From positions 372,001 through 397,089 of the forward strand of contig JBEUKZ010000078.1 of NCBI GenBank assembly GCA_048128005.1: a DNA stretch of 25,089 nucleotides. Direction: 5' to 3'. The DNA is from Veleropilina oligotropha. Its lineage: Eukaryota. The translations under genes were made by a program, and so were the position numbers. The notes under the pieces are model-generated. The model was not told the origin of the DNA, searched no databases, and worked only from the letters and a program-made list of their open reading frames with translations. Below are positions 1-10,542 of this stretch, piece by piece; position 1 is the first letter of the stretch; each line of letters starts with the position of its first letter.

Positions 1-92
1 ATAGTGAACACCTACTCGTGAATGACAAGTGACCAATGTTCATCAAAATTTGTATATAACCGTGTTCGCCCCAACAATCATTATTCATTGTA

Positions 93-198
93 ATGGAAAT
101 CTTTTTGTGCATATCGTGTAAACTGGCAGTCGGACCACGACAGGAGGCTTTTCAGTGTGATGGTTGTTCGGATTGGCAGCATACAAAATGTGGAACAG
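93..198 (+). CDS. First exon encoding the N-terminal part of a PHD-type zinc finger (probably transposon-derived gene fragment)
   Basis: ATG at 93 reads MEIFLCISCKLAVGPRQEAFQCDGCSDWQHTKCGT (CxxC...CxxC..WxHxxC) and ends at a G|GTAAG donor at 199. The next exon is not clearly intact. Confidence 0.7.
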
Positions 199-381
199 GT
201 AAGAACATTTTAAAAGTATAAACATGTCCACTCTTGATTAAAAAATGAGTACATTTTAAATACAAAATTAATCACTTTTTATTATAATTACCCAATATTT
301 TAGGGTTAGAACTGGCCATTAACAGTGTTACGAAAGAATCTATCCAGAAGGAAATCAGTATCTAACTGAAAATATACAATG

Positions 382-837
382 ATGTTATCAGTATTGTGTG
401 GATTCTGGCTCATCGGAAACCTCGACTGACGTCGTACTTTTTGCGGCGGATTAATCGCGAGAACGAAGTTCGAGCGATTTATCCGCCGTAAAAACTACGA
501 CGTCACGAGAGGTTTCCGATATGCCAGAATCAACACAATAACTGATAACATTTTTATTATATGCCACAACAAGTTTCTTATTAAATTGAATCGAAAGATT
601 ATGGTAATTGTAGTCGCGAATCTGTAAGAGAGGTTGAAATAGTATAGGACTATATTGGAAGTAGTTTCTAAGATTTGTCAGCCATTTTGAATATATAAGC
701 AGGAGACGTTTTCCTGTGAATATATAAGCAGGAGACGTTTTCTGAATCGATATCAGCTGTGTCCGTGATACAGGGTCTCGGAAAACTGCGCGAGAATAGG
801 CGTCAGAAAACGACTGGCATATAATAAAAAATGTTAT
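382..837. mobile_element. Non-autonomous hairpin element (Crypton-N-like), ATGTTAT direct repeat at both ends
   Basis: Imperfect palindrome 382-551 with ~84-bp arms and a GAA loop at 465-467. 545-566 is an inverted repeat of 815-837. ATGTTAT occurs at 382-388 and 831-837. Confidence 0.65.
688..742. repeat. 26-bp direct repeat, two copies (29-bp period)
   Basis: tgaatatataagcaggagacgttttc at 688-713 and 717-742. Confidence 0.9.
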
Positions 838-1009
838 TATAAAATTGTAACTGAGATATATCTAGATTGCGTCACTGTATTTTACCAAATGTAATGCACA
901 ATATTATTGTACAATCCGATGCTTTTTATTAAAGGTATTGTATTTAAATAACATTGGAAACATGTCTATAATATACTTGTCTATATAAGTTATGGGCCTA
1001 ATAACTTAC

Positions 1010-1174
1010 CTCTTTATGAATTATGATCGACGTCAATGCGCCTGGTTTTCCGGTGTGAGAATGTGGTTTTCCACCAGGTACAAACGTGGCCCCTTTCTGT
1101 TGCACCGTTGCGTAACAGACGGTCGTCTTGTTTCGGACGCTACATATCCAGTAGGCATTCTCGTTCTTCTGTCT
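1010..1174 (-). CDS. Exon encoding the C-terminal half of a FLYWCH zinc finger (Mutator/MULE-type gene)
   Basis: ttttAG acceptor, 55 open codons RQKNENAYWICSVRNKTTVCYATVQQKGATFVPGGKPHSHTGKPGALTSIIIHKE, then a GTAAG donor. Phase 0 at both ends, with the W-x-C...C...HxH pattern. Confidence 0.8.
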
Positions 1175-1635
1175 CTAAAATATACAAACAGGTAAATTAA
1201 TTGACATACATGTAAACAATCATTCTTCAGCAAAATAATTATGTGTGCGCTTTTGGCATGTTGTATTAATAATTAATTATTAGTTGAGCTGTTTATGGAG
1301 AAACTATTGTATTGAGGCCGTCTGTCTGTCTGGTGGAGGACGGTATATGTCCACGTTGACTATGGCTCAACTATGCTTCCTCTCGGATGCGCTTGTTTAT
1401 TATAGTTATTGTAGCTGGGAAAAGATCATATAACATGTTATCACATGACAAAGCTGTTATGGAACGGTAGAAGACACATGTCATAAGTATGCAAATGAGG
1501 GCGAACATGATGCCATGTCGTTGCATCTGACGCCACGTGCTGTCGAAGCGTGATGCGTCTGAGGCAGGCCGTTTAATGACTGAAATTAATGACAGAAACG
1601 AGTTTAAAAACGTAAAGAAATGAGTTTAAAAACGT

Positions 1636-2692
1636 AACAAGAAGTGTGGGAGCCACACATTATCCCATCGGATTTGTCATAATTGATGGAGTGTACATTT
1701 TTAAGTTGATAAAGGGGAATAACTGTGCACATACTTGGCGAAATTTTAGTAAAATGTAAAATGACCCCGTGTTTTATTCGAAACACAGTCACAAGATGTG
1801 AACAATATCTGAGGCGAGGTTATGAAGATAATTGACGGTAACTAAATATTAATGTCGAAAAAGAGAAAGATTATATCGAAAAAGGAGGATAACTGTGCAA
1901 ATATTTGGCAGAATAATCTGAAATTCAATAGCAACCTAGTTTATGTCCCAATAAATCTGTATACCAAATTTGAATTCCCTAGCTGTTACGGTTTTCCTTA
2001 TATAATGTTCACGTCGTCCGAAAAGGAAAGTTTGTCGAAAAAGGGGGATAACTGTGGAAATATTCTGTGGAATAATCTGAAATTCAATAGCAACCTAGTT
2101 TATGTCCCAATAAACCTGTATACCAAATTGGAACTCCCTAGCTGTTACGGTTTTCCTTATATCATGTTCACATCGTCCAAAAAGGAAAGTTTGACGAAAA
2201 AGGGGGATAACTGCGCAAATATTTGGCGGAATAATCTGAAATTCAAGAGCAACCTAGTTTATGTCCCAATAAACCTTCATACCAAATTTGAATTCCCTAG
2301 TTGTTACGGTTTTCCAGATATCTTATTCACGTCGTCCGAAACGGAAATTTTGTTGAAAAAGGGAGGTAACTGTGCAAATATTTGGCGGAATAATCTGAAA
2401 TTCAATAGTAGCCTAGTTTATGTCCTAATAAACCTGCATACCAAATTTGAATCCCCTAGCTATTATGGTTTTCCTGATATCCTGTTCACGTCGTCAAAAA
2501 CGAAAATTCTGTCGAAAAGGGGGGATAACTGTGGAAATATGGAAATATTTGGCGGAAGAATCTGAAATTCAATAGCAACCTAGTTTATGTCCCAATAAAC
2601 CTGCATACCAAATTTGAATTCCCTAGCTGCTACGGACAGACTACGTGACTACATAATCCCAACATTTTTTCAAAACCGATGGGGTAATAAAA
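1636..2692 (+). mobile_element. Helentron-associated non-autonomous element (HINE/DINE-1/Pearl-like) with internal 159-bp satellite
   Basis: Starts aacaaga followed by a small palindrome. Subterminal IR attatcccatcggatttg (~1659-1676) pairs with caaaaccgatggggtaat (~2671-2688). There is a 3' stem-loop and an acggacagac microsatellite remnant. Confidence 0.7.
1870..2632. repeat. 159-bp tandem repeat, ~4.7 copies
   Basis: The gataac anchor recurs at 1888, 2047, 2206, 2365 and 2524 (exact 159-bp period). Confidence 0.95.
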
Positions 2693-2867
2693 TAAGTTAA
2701 AAGGTAAATAAAGTCATGTGATAAAGAAGATATCAAACTTGTTTCCATTTCATATGAGAATTATTTTCTCGTCAGCAAATTGTGCCCGACTCGTTTCATA
2801 ATTCTCATATGATATGGTCACTCGTTCGATATCCTCTATTTATGGTAACACCGTCGAGGAAGCTCAC

Positions 2868-2977
2868 CTTCACTGTGTACGAAAATCCATCAGAATCTAC
2901 CAGTTTCCTTTTCCCACGCTGACTTGCCGTTTCGACAATGGTGTACGTAACATCGTTAGGTGTGGCCGTTACCGAAT
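2868..2977 (-). CDS. Exon encoding the N-terminal half of the FLYWCH domain
   Basis: Reads SVTATPNDVTYTIVETASQRGKRKLVDSDGFSYTVK and ends AAG|GTGAG, joining in phase 0 to the 1010-1174 exon. The 5' acceptor (tttAG) is less certain. Confidence 0.75.
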
Positions 2978-4217
2978 CTAAACCATTTTTCAATTTAGTG
3001 CAGCTATACATTGGAGCGATCAATCGTTTTTGAAATTTAAAATACTAAAACAAGTCCAAATAACCGGATTGCTCTGTCTGTCACATAACCATTCCTAAAT
3101 CAAACATTTATTTGCACTGCATTTGTATCAGACACTGTGTTTATATTTAAACACCTACATGTATGGGTTGCATGTAACCCGTACACTTGCCTCTTGAGCA
3201 TTATTATAATATATATATATATATGTATGTACATGGTGAAATGGTCAAAGTCTGCTTTTCGAAAATCTGGTTAACATTAATCGGATTAAAGTCTTTGTAA
3301 TTTGTAATATTATAAGAAAAATATTAGTGGTACCGGTAAATCTTTATTCATATAATAAAATGCATTTAAATGAAATGCAAACTAAAGTAATAAATGAATA
3401 TTGGAGTATTACAGCATATATTGAGGTTATATATAATAGGCCTACTGCTTGCAATAATTAAAGCATTATAAATAATTATTTATTCCTTCAACAACATATC
3501 ATCATGTAACTATTAATACAAACTAAAGGAATAAATAGTATGAAATGTTACATCATATTGCATTTCTACATTATATTATAAGGTTTTACAAGATAATAAA
3601 ATGCGCTAATGTGAAAATTATTCATTATAAATTCATACTATTTATCCACAAATCACATCTAACTTTCTAACTTCATAAAAACACATATTGCTTAATGTAA
3701 TTTGGAACGACTTTTATTCGACTTGGCAGGAGCTGTCTTATATTAGGCATGACTGGTCCTGACACGAGTTGTCTAAAATTCGTGGTAATGATGGCACCTC
3801 ATTACTGTCTAGTTAATTGTTTTTTATTGACACCAGTGCACTTGGCCGCATGGTGATCCGTGCCAAAACATTTACTACAGACATGCAAATATTTATACAG
3901 TTAATTCTGTTGCATTTATTGACATTGAAATTATTGCCGATCTCTTGTCCTTTCACAGTAACCGTTTTTCTGCCAAGTTTATCAGCATCAACATAATTGT
4001 ACTGGGAATCTCGCGACATGTCGTCTGGTTGTCAGTAGGGAAGCACTGGTGAAACATTTGACAAACCTGGAAACGGCGGTCCCAAATTAAAAATTTATTA
4101 TTTTAGTAAATAACAACCGCAAAGTGACATGTATTCAAGTCAAACAAGCAGATATGCTATACTAGTAATGGGAAACTGATAATGTCAACAGTTTTCAGTT
4201 ACAGAAGTCATTGGAAT

Positions 4218-5335
4218 TCATATTGCGTAGTTTTCACTTATTAACTGAAGATACTGTTCGTAGACGTGCGTTTTATGGGAATGGCGCCACTGAAACTCTG
4301 CAAGGTGCCTCGGAAACAAAGCCCTGCTTGTCCCACTTTGAACAAGGAGTTTCCTTTTAGCGTGCATCCATAAGCCTTCTATTGTTTGAGTACAAATGTC
4401 ATCATGAACTGGATCAACGAAATGTTGGGCATGGACAACAACTTGATGATCGTAGACGCCGTTGTTCATTGTGGAAATGTTAGCATACCCTGCCCAGGCG
4501 TCAGTGACGACAATGGTTCCTGGCAGAACATGATCGGAAATTATTCGTTCCAGTGTCGGTGTGTCACGACAATGGTCCCTGGCAGAACATGATCGGAAAT
4601 TATTCGTTCCAGTGTCGGTGTGTCACGACAATGGTTCCTGGCAGAACATGATCGGAAATTATTCGTTCCAGTGTCGGTGTGTCACGACAGGGAACAACTT
4701 GAAGCCGGCATTTTCCGGTAGCGCGTTCAACCAGTCCGACTACCCAACATCCGCGCCTGCGTCTACCACGATGGTATTTGCGGTGGAAGAAATACGTCTC
4801 ATCGATCTCAACATACATTGGGGAACCATTTCCGTCAAACCGCCGAGATCGAGCTGCTGTCTGTGTCACATTCACTGCGGAAAAAGTTGTTGTAGTTCAC
4901 CATGTTATGCCAATCATCGATACCCTCAAACATGCCATGCTTCGCCTTCACTTCGTGGGTCCAGTAATACATCATCATGACAATGGTATCAAGTCCAAGA
5001 ACGCACTGGGCAAAAAAGGAACCTGTTCTGGCACTTGTTCGGGTTCCGCATGCGCGTCATTTCCACGAAAACCCATCGGGCGACTCAGCACGTTTGACTA
5101 ATGCCATAGGCTGTTGACAAACTCTGCAGTCATTAGTGTTCCGTATCAGTCTATGTTCACTCAACCACTGAAGCCACCGCATTGCTTCGTTCATAGCACT
5201 GTACAGTTCACGATGCGTGCAATCAAACATTTCCAACTGATTACGTATCATAATGGCGTTTGTTATGCTATGCAGAGCACGAGGTCTTCCAGCCATTGTA
5301 ACCCTAATAATACGTTCACTTTCACTTTCATCCAT
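4218..5335 (-). pseudogene. Merlin/ISXO2-like DDE transposase, disrupted
   Basis: Zn ribbon CRVC...WK*RAC and catalytic motifs VEIDET, VTDAWAGY and TQTIEGLW..AKRK. Lesions: stop at 5057-5059, a frameshift near 4840 and a 59-bp triplication. Confidence 0.9.
4507..4689. repeat. 59-bp tandem triplication inside the transposase
   Basis: Units start at 4507, 4566 and 4625 and are bounded by acgaca microhomology. Confidence 0.95.
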
Positions 5336-5496
5336 ACATATAAATACCTAAGAAGCTAAAATAATAATTTTTAATTTGGGACCGCCGTTTCCAGGTATGC
5401 CAAACATTTGTGCGAGGGAACAATTCGCTGCAATTGCTGGGGGCAAAATGGGGTGGCATGAAGGATGGACCCACACATGTCGCACGTATTTGACAG

Positions 5497-6165
5497 TAGT
5501 ACGTATGATTCTACACGACATGTTACGTTTTGCTATACCTTCCCTATGTATGATTCTGGGCGACACATTGCGTTTTGCTATACCCTCCCTATGTATGATA
5601 CTGGGCGACACATTGCGTTTTGCTATACCCTCCTCATGTATGATACTGGGCGACACATTGCGTTTTGCTATACCCTCCCTATGTATGATACTGGGCGACA
5701 CATTGCGTTTTGCTATACCCACCTCATGTATGTTTCTACAGACCATATTGCATTTTGCTATACCTCCCCTATGTATGATACTGGGCGACACATTGCGTTT
5801 TGCTATACCCACCTCATGTATGTTTCTACAGACCATATTGCATTTTGCTATACCTCCCCTATGTATGATTCTGGGCGACACATTGCATTTTGCTATACCC
5901 ACCTCATGTATGTTTCTACAGACCATATTGCATTTTGCTATACCCACCTCATGTATGTTTCTACAGACCATATTGCATTTTGCTATACCCTCCTCATGTA
6001 TGTTTCTGGGTGACACATTGCATTTTGCTATACCCACCTCATGTATATTTCTACAGACCATATTGCGTTTTGTTATGCGTGTATTTGACGAATCAGCATT
6101 GAGTATGAATTACCCCGACTAAAATGAACCAATCAAAACAATAATTGTTAATGAATACTAGAAAT
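5497..6165. repeat. Dispersed element with internal 45-bp tandem array (12 units), copy 1
   Basis: ttttgctatacc recurs every 45 bp from 5528 to 6023. The tagtac head and ~100-bp tail are shared with 20737-21269. Confidence 0.9.
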
Positions 6166-6504
6166 TACTGGATATTACTAGATAAATCCAGTTCGAACCA
6201 GATTAAATATTATAAATATGCGTTATCAATAAGCTCTCATTATTGTGCAGCAGTATCAAGACATCTATACAACAAATTCAAGGAAAACTCAATCAATTTC
6301 AAGGAACAAAAAATATGAAAAGGTAAGTACATATTCATATTTCTTACCTCATGTCTGTTATATCCATGAATCGAGTTGATGTTTTTATGCAAAAATCCAT
6401 AACGTATCCTCAATTTTCTGGTATTCCGTATTGCACTTGTTGATTTAATTAGTAGTTCAGGTATAATTTTGTATACAGATTCAGTAATGAGAACCTAGTA
6501 CTCT

Positions 6505-6745
6505 AGTATTGCGACTTTAGATGAACAGACGAAATAGAATAATCCAGTATCGTGTTTTTCCAGTATATCCAGTATTGCGACTTTAGATGAACAGACAAAA
6601 TAGAATAATCCAGTATTGTGTTTTTTCCGGTATATCCAGTATTGAGACTTTTGATGAACAGACAAATAGAATAATCCAGTATCGTGTTTTCCGGTATATC
6701 CAGTATTGCGACTTTTGATGAACGGACAAAATAGAATAATCCAAT
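6505..6745. repeat. ~66-bp tandem repeat, ~3.7 copies
   Basis: agtattg(c/a)gactt at 6505, 6571, 6638 and 6702. Confidence 0.9.
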
Positions 6746-7162
6746 AATATGTCAATGTATTCCTGTATGTATCAATGACTTTGAAGATAGGAGGAATAAT
6801 CGAATGGCAAATGAGCTATTTCAAAGAAAAATCAAGATTTATTGGCATTGATTTTCCGTATGAGATAACCCTTAAACCACTCAATTTTTATTAATATGTG
6901 GTTATATATATATATTTTTTTTTTAGATTACACATTTTATTGATTTATACATTGACGATGATGTCTCTTAATATTAGGACCGCCTCCTCTAGGCGGTCCA
7001 ACAAATCTTGCAAATTCCATCGTATTATGGCCGATCTGTAAAAGCAAAATGGAAAAACATGATAAATAATTTGGAGTGACAAGAGAGAGACAAACTAAAT
7101 TTGTACTAGTTACAAAAATCAAAAGATGAAATGAAATATTTATAAAGTTAACATCATTGACG

Positions 7163-7320
7163 AACAAATGCACCAGAGAGGTTACATGGTTGAGTAACAG
7201 AGTCCCGCTCTCATAGGGCATAGTCATCGTGGATGTGTACCAACACCCCCCCCCCCCCGCCACAGACAGACTCACAGACAGTCACAATAGTTTAGCTGTT
7301 TACAATGCTCAACTAATAAT
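7163..7320 (+). mobile_element. Short HINE-like element
   Basis: aacaa start, (acag)n-like microsatellite at ~7262-7282 and a terminal imperfect stem-loop tagtttagc...gctcaacta. Confidence 0.35.
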
Positions 7321-7806
7321 CACTTTACATAACAACAAATACACTTTTGTATGTATGAAGGGAAGCTACTCATGCACGACTAAAGACATCGTGTACATGC
7401 TATGCACAGATACTCAGATAGCCGCAATAGTTTCTCCATTTACGCTCCACTAAAAAAAGTTATCTACTTACAGAATCTCCTCATCAGAGGGCTCGTAGGG
7501 GGGCACAGTTTCCTCCCAATAGGATGTATCCTATAATAAAATTTCAATAGATAATTTTCGAAAGTGTATTTATCATAATATCAATTAACTAAATTAATGT
7601 TATATACCCAAATATAATTGCGGTTCTGTACAGTTAACATTACCGTATGCAAAAATATATAATTGTCGTAATGAAAATTTGTATGCATCTATTAAGTCGA
7701 TAAATATTATTTATGTAAAATAAATATAATGTAAAGCAAATGGGTAATTTTTCAGACTAATAACTGTTCAAAAATATATCAATAACATTAAACAATTACA
7801 CACAAT

Positions 7807-7809
<3 letters not shown>

Positions 7810-7866
<57 letters not shown>
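7810..7866. repeat. (AT)n microsatellite
   Basis: Pure AT dinucleotide run. Confidence 0.98.
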
Positions 7867-7867
<1 letters not shown>

Positions 7868-9241
7868 CAGTAAAAACTTACTGTTATTTCAGGGATCGTT
7901 ACTTGTGTACTACAAAAGAAAATCAACTTTAAATATACTTAAATATATTTGTTATTCTCTAATAATGTATGCAGTAATATCGATATTATGTTAAAGTACA
8001 ATTGAACCAAACAAAATTTAACAATATATTAATTATACTTACATCATTTCAACCTGGCGAGACGTGCTTAATATATATATATATCCAAAAATGGTTCAGA
8101 ATGGTACAGAATATTTTGCGTAATCGTATATATTCCAAAGGTATGCATCTTCTATTGGTTAATAAGTGGTCCAATGAGCTGAAAAGGGCGACGGAATCAA
8201 CCATTAGGGACATTTAACAATAACATTTCTTAGAATTCTTGACTTCTTATTCGTTAAAAGAGTGATTATTTAACTTTTCAGAAGGAAGGGTAGGCAGAGA
8301 CTTGAAATTAAATTAAAATATGTTGCTTTCCCACACATATTACCCGTACCGATTATCCTAATTTCATGCCCGAATGAGAAAACTACTAGAATTACAGATC
8401 ATTAAATACAACTTCTTACATGTGTGTACTCAAAAGTAGTCGTCATCTTTTAAATTTCAAGCTCTATTGAGAAGTTAGCTGAAATTTCAATGACTTAAAA
8501 AGACAGTTATTTTTTCAGATATTTTTGATAAAATGACAAGTGATTATTTTCTAACCACTAAGGCTTTTATTAATTATCTGTATACATCCAAATCTGATTA
8601 TGCGACAAATTTGAAAATCACGCTTTCAAAAGACTACTGTAAATTTAATACTCGTGAAACACACCCCAAACAGATGCGACAGATGCTAAATATAATTGAT
8701 ATTACATTTCTAGTATTACGCCAATCAATTTGACATTTGCTAGCCTCCCCGGACAGTGTGATTAAGTTAATACCTAAGTGTGGGGTGAGGTGGTGCATTT
8801 TGGGGGGCTGAAGAAATCTTATAGTGCCTGTAAGGAATGTAGCACTTTATATATCAAATATACAACGGAGTACCATTACATGCATGATTAAAAAAGGGGA
8901 CATTGACTTGATACCCAATATAAAATAAAATGTGTTCTCAAATGAAGTTAAGGTTTACAGTATATTGTACCGAATAATAACTGTACGATAATGATGCAAT
9001 ATAAAAAATACAAAATATTATATCTATTTATGATAGGTACGTGCATGTTTAATACACCCCCTACATAAATAAAATATACATTGAATATTATAACTACATC
9101 CGTGATATATAGATTTATAAAAATGTAATGTTGACATAAAATACGCATAAATTACTTTATTCATACAATCAAGTATGGTGTAATTGTAGCGAATAGTGTA
9201 TATTAGTATCAAACTATTTTAATAAATGATAATTTTTACAG

Positions 9242-9427
9242 ATGAATGATGCTTGGTTACGTTCGATATGCGAATTAACTGACATAGAGGAACTGGTTAA
9301 TTTTGCAACACTTATGGACATTATAGAAGAACCGGTTATTATTGCCAGAATAAACGAATTGTCAGCACCATCGTTAACAACAAACGAGGATGATTCATTA
9401 CTTCGTGATATTTTGGAATCCCCACTG
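9242..9427 (+). CDS. pPolB 5' exon 1 (62 codons, acidic)
   Basis: tttttacAG|ATG ... CCACTG|GTAAGT, phase 0. Confidence 0.7.
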
Positions 9428-9486
9428 GTAAGTGAAATAAAAATCTGATATTTTTTATTTATTATGTACGTGTAAAAAAAAAAAAT

Positions 9487-9609
<123 letters not shown>

Positions 9610-9632
9610 AATATATATTTATTTATTTTCAG

Positions 9633-9767
9633 TTAAATCCAGAGATAATGATGGACGACGATTTACAGCTGTTGGATGATATTTTTTCGGAGAGCCCCAA
9701 TAACGAGTGCATTTCCTCTGAATATGTTATAGAAACATTGATGAACGAGCTTACAGAATTAACTACG
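9633..9767 (+). CDS. pPolB 5' exon 2 (45 codons)
   Basis: attttcAG|TTA...[54 protein letters not shown]. Confidence 0.75.
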
Positions 9768-9898
9768 GTATGTGAGATAAATATTTGTCAATATATGATT
9801 TCTTCAATGCTATAAATTTACACTTTTTACATGAAAATACATTGAAAAAAAAAAAACAATACAATAAACAAATAATAATAGTATACTTATGTTTTCAG

Positions 9899-10018
9899 TT
9901 GTGGCAGGAGACACGAGTAACCAAAAGGATGAATACGCCCATTGCGTCGCCGAGCACGGATGAATACGATACTTCTAACATAGAAATGATGGCGAACGAA
10001 CTCGCAGAATTTCCTATG
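9899..10018 (+). CDS. pPolB 5' exon 3 (40 codons)
   Basis: gttttcAG|TTG...ATG|GTATGT; LWQETRVTKRMNTPIASPSTDEYDTSNIEMMANELAEFPM. Confidence 0.75.
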
Positions 10019-10381
10019 GTATGTGAAATGATTTTTTTTTTTGTCGATATTTAATTCCACAATAATTATACAATTATAAATAATAAGATATATGCCGCCG
10101 GGGTCCTGCATCACTGCCTGCCGCCGGAGGGTCAGCGTTTCCCGCCTGGCACTCACGGGGAATCCCTGCGGTGTATCATATGAGTCATCAGATTGGAATG
10201 TATGCGAGCACTTGTCTTGACATGTTCGTTCTATATTTAGGTAGGTCATTGGAACGCCAACAAGCTTAGACTTGCAAACTGTCTTCTCCGACAGCCGCCT
10301 GATTTATATTTAATATGTGACAAAAAGTTTTCATTCATAATCGAAATCGCCGAAGGCGCAGATAACCTCGATAAAATCCAG

Positions 10382-10542
<161 letters not shown>

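Larger units (their letters stand above)
1438..2843. mobile_element. Second non-autonomous split-hairpin element (Crypton-N-like), carrying a nested HINE
   Basis: ttatcacatgac (1438-1449) is inverted at 2713-2724. A long imperfect hairpin spans ~2722-2843 (tcatatgagaatta/taattctcatatga core). TTAT lies at both ends. Confidence 0.55.
4060..5401 (-). mobile_element. Merlin (IS1016/IS1595-family) DNA transposon, full length, 1342 bp
   Basis: TIRs at 4060-4106 and 5356-5401 (core acctggaaacggcggtcccaaattaaaaatt). 8-bp TSD AAACATTT at 4052-4059 and 5402-5409. Contains a DDE transposase. Confidence 0.93.
3802..5496 (-). pseudogene. DIRS/Ngaro-like retrotransposon ORF1 (gag-like) C-terminal remnant, split by the Merlin insertion
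   Basis: Removing Merlin joins a CCHC knuckle CDMCGSILHATPFC (5443-5484) to DKLGRKTVTVKGQEIGNNFNVNKCNRINC/KYLHVCSKCFGTDHHAAKC..., with a stop at 3802-3804. Two frameshifts are required. Confidence 0.55.

Noticed and set aside
992..1233. Listed ORFs 992..1195 (+) and 1033..1233 (-)
   Set aside because: Shadow frames of the FLYWCH exon, which lies in another minus-strand frame.
1852..2565. 237-aa repetitive ORF
   Set aside because: Translation of a 159-bp (3n) satellite inside a HINE-type element; no protein motif.
5348..6122. Overlapping long ORFs on both strands, or a CRISPR-like array
   Set aside because: Head-to-tail 45-bp units with no unique spacers and no cas genes; the ORFs are a by-product of 3n unit length.
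6977..6999. GC hairpin resembling an intrinsic terminator
   Set aside because: Eukaryotic context and no U-tract; probably the end of a small repeat element.
8430..8445. AGTAGT as a Polinton terminus
   Set aside because: No matching inverted repeat or 6-bp TSD found in the window.
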